From: Verrucomicrobia bacterium SCGC AAA164-E04
GTDB taxonomy: Bacteria > Verrucomicrobiota > Verrucomicrobiia > Limisphaerales > AAA164-E04
Assembly: GCA_000383715.1 (NCBI GenBank)
Contig: KB912045.1
Coordinates: 14,801 to 78,800, forward strand
Direction: 5' to 3'
Length of the DNA stretch: 64,000 bases
In this document: one piece after another, positions 57,947-64,000 of the stretch
Position numbering within the stretch: position 1 is the first letter of the stretch
How the letters are laid out: every line of letters starts with the position of its first letter
Notes under the pieces: model-generated
What the model saw: the letters and a program-made list of their open reading frames with translations, nothing else
What the model was told of the DNA's origin: nothing
The model's database searches: none
Made by a program: the position numbers and the translations under genes

Positions 57947-58759
57947 TTAATCCAAATTTATTTCACCCGTAAACACAAAATCCGCTGGTCCACTTAGCCG
58001 GACCTTGGAAAATCCCCCATCCTCATGATCGAAAGATACCTTAAGACAATCACCGCTTTTGACCTGTACTTCAACGGGTGTGTCAAAACCGTGTTTTCTG
58101 GCGGCCACCAGTGAAGCAGCGGTGACACCTGTGCCGCAAGCCAGGGTTTCTCCCTCCACGCCACGTTCGTAAGTCCGAACCCGAACGCGACCAGGACCAA
58201 GTATTTGCACGAAATTCACATTGGTTCCGTTAGGCGCAAAGTGTTCATGATATCTGACTGCCGCACCCAACTCATTCACCTTGCATTGCCCTGCATCTTC
58301 AACAAATACCACGGCATGAGGAACTCCAGTGTTCACCGAATGTACTTGTAATTCGCTCCCCTTGATTTGAATACCTCGATCCAGCTCCATGGGGCCTGGC
58401 TCAGTGAGATTCACTGTCACACCGTTTGACTCAAATGTCGCGCTGATTACTCCTGCCTGGGTATCAAAACTCAGGCCATCTTCTGAATGCGTTAACTGTT
58501 TGACGAAGGCAGCAAAACAGCGGGCTCCATTGCCACACATTTCCGCTTCACTGCCGTCGCTGTTGTAAAATTTCCAAGCCCAATCTGCATGATTGTTTTG
58601 ACTTTCTTCCAACAGCATCAAGCCATCTGCACCAATCCCTGCATGCCGATCGCAAAGCGCTGCAACCTGCTCGGAATTTGGCGTGAAGCTCAGGTTTCGG
58701 TTATCGATCAGTATAAAATCGTTCCCGGCGCCGTTCATTTTTGTGAAAAATATACGCAT
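57947..58759 (-). CDS. dapF: diaminopimelate epimerase
   Basis: FTKMNGAGNDFILID, catalytic Cys pair in MCGNGARC and LACGTG. Confidence 0.95.
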   Translation of the reverse strand: MRIFFTKMNGAGNDFILIDNRNLSFTPNSEQVAALCDRHAGIGADGLMLLEESQNNHADWAWKFYNSDGSEAEMCGNGARCFAAFVKQLTHSEDGLSFDTQAGVISATFESNGVTVNLTEPGPMELDRGIQIKGSELQVHSVNTGVPHAVVFVEDAGQCKVNELGAAVRYHEHFAPNGTNVNFVQILGPGRVRVRTYERGVEGETLACGTGVTAASLVAARKHGFDTPVEVQVKSGDCLKVSFDHEDGGFSKVRLSGPADFVFTGEINLD

Positions 58760-58838
58760 CAGACGCGAATAACCTAACGAGCCCCTCTGGCAGAGGAAAG
58801 TCCAAATTTAATCTCGGGAGGATTAGGAGTCGACTCAA

Positions 58839-59732
58839 TCATTGAGAGGCACTGTCCAAGACGAGCTCCTTGGGATGCTCAAAGAACCATTTAATCTCTT
58901 TTGGGGTCAAAGCCCGATTAAAACAGCTGACCTCGTCGAGTAGTCCGTTGTAGTTCAATCCGAGGTAAATTTTGATGGTTTCACTCGGTTTCCAGGAAAA
59001 AGTCTGATCCCAGCCCGCGATTTCGCCTTGGAATGCACCATTCAGGTACAATCTGGCCACCCCGTCTTTCTTGCCTGTATTAAAATTGGACCAGGTAAAT
59101 AGAACATGAGTCCAGCGATCTTTTGCGAAAGGGGGAGCTTTTACAGGAAATAATGGTCTTTGATCCTCAGAGATCTCCTTGTTTTCAGGATTCCATACTT
59201 TCAAGTCAGCGAAAGCGCCAAGTCTGAAATCTCGAGGATCACCGTCCTTGTTGAAATCGACAAAAAAAGAACCGTCGTTCCAAGCACGGGTTGTTAATTG
59301 AAGTGGATCAGCAAATCCGGGTGATAATTCTGTTTCAGGATCAAGTTTCAGCCAGAGGGATACACTCCCAGACCATTGATTCAAGCGGTATCGAACGTTC
59401 TTTTCGCCTCGGTAGAATATCCATGAGGCATTCCGTTGATTGAATCTCAACGCGGCCCCTCCATCGATCCCCAGCCCTGTGACCCATTCGGTTTGACCTT
59501 GAGCATGCAAACCTCGCCTAACGGTTTCCCGAGGTTGTTTCGAGGTAATGGTGTATAAACTCGGATCACCATGAGCTAATTCCGCTTCAATGCCTCTGTC
59601 GAAAGATGAGTAAAACGTCAGCGCCTCCTGTAAAGATGCCTGGGTGGATTGAGCCTGCCCGCGCGCGGACAGTATCGATATCAAGACAACAAAGACGATC
59701 ACCATATGTTCTAGCTTCGCTTGGCATTTCAT
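58839..59732 (-). CDS. secreted LamG-like (concanavalin-A-type lectin/glucanase fold) protein
   Basis: Signal peptide MVIVFVVLISILSARGQA. C-terminal LamG hallmark YLGLNYNGLLDEVSCFNRALTPKEI. Confidence 0.7.
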   Translation of the reverse strand: MKCQAKLEHMVIVFVVLISILSARGQAQSTQASLQEALTFYSSFDRGIEAELAHGDPSLYTITSKQPRETVRRGLHAQGQTEWVTGLGIDGGAALRFNQRNASWIFYRGEKNVRYRLNQWSGSVSLWLKLDPETELSPGFADPLQLTTRAWNDGSFFVDFNKDGDPRDFRLGAFADLKVWNPENKEISEDQRPLFPVKAPPFAKDRWTHVLFTWSNFNTGKKDGVARLYLNGAFQGEIAGWDQTFSWKPSETIKIYLGLNYNGLLDEVSCFNRALTPKEIKWFFEHPKELVLDSASQ

Positions 59733-59778
59733 GATGGTTGTTTTACCCTGCCGAGCACGGTTTGGAAATGGAAAACAG

Positions 59779-60543
59779 ATGGATCAAAAAGAGCGAAAAA
59801 TCAAACTCAAACTCATCATTGCCTATCATGGTGGCAATTATCAGGGTTGGCAGACTCAAAAAAGCGGAATAGGTGTGCAAAGCGTGATTGAAACGAAATT
59901 GAAAAATTTTTTTCGCGGTGCAGGACCATTGCACGGATCCAGTCGTACAGATACAGGAGTGCATGCCTTGGGGATGACGGCACATCTTGAAATGCCATAC
60001 GATTCCCTTATCATGGAACCGAGGAAAATCCGGCTTGCTATGAACGCCCTCCTCCCATCTGATATACGTATTATTTCAGCTGTAAGAGTTCCCTTACGTT
60101 TCCATGCACAATTCGATGCCAAGGGAAAACAATATCAGTATCGAATCTGGAATCACCCCTCCATGAATCCATTGCTCAATGGTTTAGCCTGGCATATGCC
60201 TGTGAAACTCAACCTGCAACACATGCAGAAAGCATCCCGACATTTTTTAGGTGAGCGCGATTTTCAATCGGTCGCATCCGCCAGAAAATACGCCTATAAA
60301 AACACGGTCCGTACATTGACTCGCTGCGATGTCCGTAAGCAAGGCAATGAATTCAAAATCATCATCGAAGGAGACGCTTTTCTATACAAGATGTGCAGGG
60401 GCATCGTAGGGACCCTGACGGCCGTGGGAAAAGGTAAATGGCGGGCTGATGAAGTCCCTGGGTTATTGGTGACAAAAAAACGATCACTTACAGGCATGAA
60501 TGCGCCCGCCTGCGGTCTGACCTTGCATAAAGTATTTTACTGA
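59779..60543 (+). CDS. truA: tRNA pseudouridine(38-40) synthase
   Basis: I prefer ATG 59779 (MDQKERKIKLKLIIAYHGGNYQGWQTQ). Catalytic Asp in GSSRTDTGVHALG. AFLYKMCRGIVG. Confidence 0.9.
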   Translation: MDQKERKIKLKLIIAYHGGNYQGWQTQKSGIGVQSVIETKLKNFFRGAGPLHGSSRTDTGVHALGMTAHLEMPYDSLIMEPRKIRLAMNALLPSDIRIISAVRVPLRFHAQFDAKGKQYQYRIWNHPSMNPLLNGLAWHMPVKLNLQHMQKASRHFLGERDFQSVASARKYAYKNTVRTLTRCDVRKQGNEFKIIIEGDAFLYKMCRGIVGTLTAVGKGKWRADEVPGLLVTKKRSLTGMNAPACGLTLHKVFY

Positions 60544-62399
60544 TTGGGATTCATCCAAGTCAATCGACTCGCTTCCTGCCCCAATGTATCTACCAGGGCC
60601 GCACTGAATTCTTGAAGTGTCCGGGGACTGTTTTCTACAGTCACTTTGAATCGACGTGAAAGAGCAGCCAGGCTTTCATCGAGTCGTGTCATTTTCATCA
60701 CGTTCAAGTAGTCCGGGCCCTGCATATGCGAAGCTGGCAGATTGGATAAATGGAATGACAATGTCTCAAGCGGACCATCATCCCCCTCGACCAAAAGACC
60801 TGCATAAATGGCATTGACCGCCATGGTACCGTTTGCTTCCACCCTGAGATTTCGATTTGAGATGTCTGGTTTATCCATCAGCGATTCCAAAGTTTGTTTT
60901 AGTTCCATGACACGGGTAGAATCCAGAGTTTGTCCAACCAGCATGTAACGCCTTCGGATCTGGTTTTTCTTGTGTTCTGAATTCCCTTTCAACCAGTCTG
61001 GTCGATCAAATATTTCAAGCCTCCGTTGTGCACCTTCACGAACGGTATATTCCCAGAATGGGTAACGCTTCGTATCAATCCTTGTATCCTGAGTATGGCG
61101 GGAATCCTCAAATGTATGACGCTTCAGTGCGTGTTTGAGCTTATGCACTTCATGATCCCACTCTTCAATCGTCTTTGGAACTGGGCGTTTTTCGGATACT
61201 CTTACAAAGAACGTATCCACCGAGGTCACTTTTTCAGTTTTCGGCAATGTTTGAAAAACGCGAAGATCTGAAGGTTGAATTTCTTTCCTGGCAGCTGTCT
61301 CTATCAACACATTTGAGTCCTTGAGCCATTTTTGAAACCAACGGAATGCTGGTATCTGCAGATCTTGAGTATCCTTGTGAGGACCTTCGGTGACCAGTAA
61401 GCCAAGTTGATCCTCAAGACCTAATAACGAGTATATGTGTTGAACTTGACGGTGCGTTCGGAGAACCCCGTCCAAAGGAAAAATAGTATCCTTGTCCGTA
61501 TTGGCAATCAGAAGGGCTCTGGGAGCAACAAGGGATGCAACCACTGGAAAATCCCATCGGTAGGTATTCACCATGAACATGCAATCGCAATGACCTTCCA
61601 CTGCACCATCCAGCACGTAATCACGCAAGTCCGTGATACCGGCTACAGGAACCGCTGCTTTGACCCGTTTATCCAATGCTGCAATCCACCATGAATAAAC
61701 GCCTCCACCAGAACGCCCAGTGATGCCAAGCCTCTCTGGATCAACCTCTGGTCGCGTTTGTAAATAATCCAGGGCACGCATCCCGTTCCATGCCTCAACC
61801 CCCGCAGGAGTATATCCCCTTGAATTCCACCACCAGCGACCTTCCCGATAAGTGCCATGATGCACCCCTTCGATTTCGCCCAATTGGATCGTGTCAATGG
61901 TCAAGCAAACAAAACCGTGTTTGGCAAACCAGATACCGTGGTGCTGGTAGGCCGTTTTATTGCCATAACTCACATCGCCTTCTTTAGCGTGAGCATGCCC
62001 GCTGACGTAGAGGATGGCAGGCAGTGGTTTTTGAATCTCACGGGGAATATACAGATTGCCAGTGACATACAAGCCGGGCATGGATTGAAAGTGTATATTC
62101 TCAACCGTATAGAGCTCCTTCTGTATAGTGCGTGTCACCACAGGAGAAAGCGGGGTTTTCGCAGGCATGGGATAAAGCCCCAGCATTTCGGACAACTGTC
62201 GCCGCAATTCAGGTTCTTGCTGTTTCCATAGTTCAGCAGTTGCAGGATTCAACCATTGTTGTGACTGCTTTTCAATATCCTCGACTTCTGATTCAAAGTA
62301 ACCTTTCAAATCAGGGTGAATAGACCAATCCGCAGCATTGGTTCCAAGAACCAGTAGCATGGTACTTATGAAGGTGAGCATTCGAGGCATTGAGTACAT
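60537..62399 (-). CDS. secreted alpha/beta-hydrolase (acetyl-xylan-esterase / S9-like) with a C-terminal extra domain
   Basis: I prefer ATG 62399/62390 (MPRMLTFISTMLLVLGTNA). Nucleophile elbow ITGRSGGGVYSW. Upstream HG-containing oxyanion region SGHAHAKEG. Its 3' end overlaps the truA 3' end by 7 nt (convergent). Confidence 0.65.
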   Translation of the reverse strand: MYSMPRMLTFISTMLLVLGTNAADWSIHPDLKGYFESEVEDIEKQSQQWLNPATAELWKQQEPELRRQLSEMLGLYPMPAKTPLSPVVTRTIQKELYTVENIHFQSMPGLYVTGNLYIPREIQKPLPAILYVSGHAHAKEGDVSYGNKTAYQHHGIWFAKHGFVCLTIDTIQLGEIEGVHHGTYREGRWWWNSRGYTPAGVEAWNGMRALDYLQTRPEVDPERLGITGRSGGGVYSWWIAALDKRVKAAVPVAGITDLRDYVLDGAVEGHCDCMFMVNTYRWDFPVVASLVAPRALLIANTDKDTIFPLDGVLRTHRQVQHIYSLLGLEDQLGLLVTEGPHKDTQDLQIPAFRWFQKWLKDSNVLIETAARKEIQPSDLRVFQTLPKTEKVTSVDTFFVRVSEKRPVPKTIEEWDHEVHKLKHALKRHTFEDSRHTQDTRIDTKRYPFWEYTVREGAQRRLEIFDRPDWLKGNSEHKKNQIRRRYMLVGQTLDSTRVMELKQTLESLMDKPDISNRNLRVEANGTMAVNAIYAGLLVEGDDGPLETLSFHLSNLPASHMQGPDYLNVMKMTRLDESLAALSRRFKVTVENSPRTLQEFSAALVDTLGQEASRLTWMNPNQ

Positions 62400-62564
62400 T
62401 TGATTAAGCGGCGATATGATTTCTGTATTAAAATATAAATCTAAAGGTTCAGCGTCGAGAGGCAAGGACTGTTCATCGCAAGTTTATTCTATTATCGGGG
62501 GTTGAAATCATTCTCAACTTATCCTTAGATCATTTCCACCGACAAAACCTGACCCATTTCATCC

Positions 62565-63740
62565 ATGATCACTTTCAAGTTACGCAAACAAACGACCACG
62601 CGCTTATTACTCCTCCTATCGACCCTCTTCACCCATGCGCAAGCGCAAAATGCCGCGATGCCTCCTGCTTATTCGATACCCACCATTGATCTCTCTAAGG
62701 AAATAAATCGTCAGGTGATCATTGACCGTGAAAAAGGACAATACCTTGGACATCCGACAACTTGCCTACTGGAAGATGGGAAAACCATGCTCTGCGTATA
62801 CCCCAAGGGTCATGGTCGAGGTGCCATCGTCTACAAGCGCAGTTTGGATGGGGGAAAGACATGGTCGGAACGATTGAATACTCCTGCCTCATGGGCAAGT
62901 TCGAAGGAAGTCCCTACTTTGCATAGGGTAATTGATGCAAAGGGCACAAAGCGAATCATCATGTGGTCTGGACTTTATCCTGCCCGCATGGCTGTGTCCG
63001 AAAACGATGGCCTCACATGGAGCGAGTTGAAACCCGCTGGTGACTGGGGAGGGATTGTAGTGATGGGGTATGTTGCTCCAATTCAAAAAAAGCCTGGGCA
63101 CTACATGGCCATGTTCCACGATGACGGGCGTTTCTTCAAAGCAGACGGAAAACGTGCAGCCACCATGACTCTCTATCAGACTTTTTCCAATGACGGAGGA
63201 TTAAAATGGTCTCAACCTAAGCGTATCTATGCCAATGATCAGATCCACCTTTGTGAACCGGGAATGGTAAGATCACCTGACGGCAAGCAAATGGCGGTAC
63301 TCCTCAGAGAAAATAGACGTCAACGAAATTCACATGTCATCTTCAGTTCGGATGAAGCGGAAAGCTGGTCAAAGCCCCGAGAACTTCCCGCATCTTTGAC
63401 AGGTGACCGCCACACTGGAGTGTATGCTCCAGACGGACGACTCTTCATTTCCTTTCGGGATACCACGCTGAAATCACCTACCAAGGGTGATTGGGTCGCC
63501 TGGGTTGGCACTTACGATGATCTTCTGAATAATCGAGAAGGTCAATACCGAGTAAGATTAATGGATAATACGAAAAATGCGGATTGCGCCTATCCTGGTG
63601 TTGAACTCCTTCCAGATGGCACCATTGTCACGACAACTTATGGTCATTGGGAAAAAGGAGAGGCTCCCTACATTGTGAGTGTCCGCTTGAAACTATCCGA
63701 GTTGGATTCCAAAGCCGAAAAGCTGGAATTCCTGAACTAA
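62565..63740 (+). CDS. BNR/Asp-box repeat protein, sialidase (GH33)-like beta-propeller
   Basis: Signal peptide, then four Asp-boxes: SLDGGKTWS, SENDGLTWS, SNDGGLKWS, SSDEAESWS. Confidence 0.8.
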   Translation: MITFKLRKQTTTRLLLLLSTLFTHAQAQNAAMPPAYSIPTIDLSKEINRQVIIDREKGQYLGHPTTCLLEDGKTMLCVYPKGHGRGAIVYKRSLDGGKTWSERLNTPASWASSKEVPTLHRVIDAKGTKRIIMWSGLYPARMAVSENDGLTWSELKPAGDWGGIVVMGYVAPIQKKPGHYMAMFHDDGRFFKADGKRAATMTLYQTFSNDGGLKWSQPKRIYANDQIHLCEPGMVRSPDGKQMAVLLRENRRQRNSHVIFSSDEAESWSKPRELPASLTGDRHTGVYAPDGRLFISFRDTTLKSPTKGDWVAWVGTYDDLLNNREGQYRVRLMDNTKNADCAYPGVELLPDGTIVTTTYGHWEKGEAPYIVSVRLKLSELDSKAEKLEFLN

Positions 63741-63766
63741 CCTGTGAGGGTCCTTCGTCAGGCAAA

Positions 63767-64000
63767 TCAGGTGGCGGGAATAAATCGCTGGAAAAACAAG
63801 GCTGCCAAAAATAACGTTAACATGACTCCCATCCATAAGGGATCCACTCCAACAATCGAAATCATATCCACCAAAGGGATGCCTGCCAGCAGTCCTGAGA
63901 CCGTTTTGAAAATTTGGACATTTTGAGAACGCAGGATGAATTGAAGACACCAGACAACCCAAGCCAGTAATACAAGCGAAACCATTAGCCCCATCCAAAA
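63767..64000 (-). CDS. membrane protein, C-terminal fragment (continues beyond the window)
   Basis: Hydrophobic 75-aa reading frame open to the window edge (…GLLAGIPLVDMISIVGVDPLWMGVMLTLFLAALFF…). No family recognised. Confidence 0.35.
   Translation of the reverse strand, partial: FWMGLMVSLVLLAWVVWCLQFILRSQNVQIFKTVSGLLAGIPLVDMISIVGVDPLWMGVMLTLFLAALFFQRFIPAT

Noticed and set aside
58793-58803. GAGGAAAGTCC, the conserved P4-region string of bacterial RNase P RNA, in the dapF / LamG spacer
   Set aside because: The spacer is only about 80 nt, whereas RNase P RNA needs 330-400 nt. The flanks are well-supported CDSs and no other RNase P helices are evident. Chance match.

Overview
Dense 64-kb chromosomal window with about 55 intact protein-coding genes on both strands. 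I found no rRNA, tRNA, CRISPR array, transposase or integrase. The gene content looks like a PVC-group (Verrucomicrobiota-like) heterotroph: sulfatases, a DUF1080/3-keto-disaccharide-hydrolase protein, a ThuA-like protein, LamG and BNR/Asp-box proteins, and a long-form IspG. This taxonomic call is inference only. The window contains dnaA (24970-26355). Directly upstream is a 0.53-kb non-coding stretch with DnaA-box-like 9-mers, an AT-rich block and a perfect 19-bp tandem duplication, which I treat as a candidate oriC. Housekeeping genes: panC (partial), nadB, mogA, amtB-glnK (near-consensus sigma-54 promoter, clean terminator), rnc, clpP-clpX, ggt, ispG, rseP, hemB, dapA, dapF, truA. Operons: an ECF sigma / anti-sigma / bactofilin-repeat-RDD membrane protein operon; a cupredoxin plus Tat-exported sulfite-oxidase-family molybdoenzyme pair; a radical-SAM plus flavin-halogenase-like pair; a ribose-type sugar ABC operon with an embedded shikimate-dehydrogenase-family gene and an exported aldose-epimerase-like gene; an Mla/MCE-type lipid transporter operon with a STAS-MlaE fusion. 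Most unusual observations: (1) a translationally coupled pair (8882-12081, minus strand) that reads like a divergent MotA/ExbB/TolQ-type plus MotB/ExbD/TolR-type ion-channel stator, with a very long coiled coil on the B-like subunit; (2) a ligase-associated exonuclease next to an ATP-dependent DNA ligase homologue whose adenylation lysine and other nucleotidyl-transferase residues are substituted; (3) two clearly decayed genes, a PLD/cardiolipin synthase and a sulfatase. All family calls come from motifs read by eye; no database search was possible.
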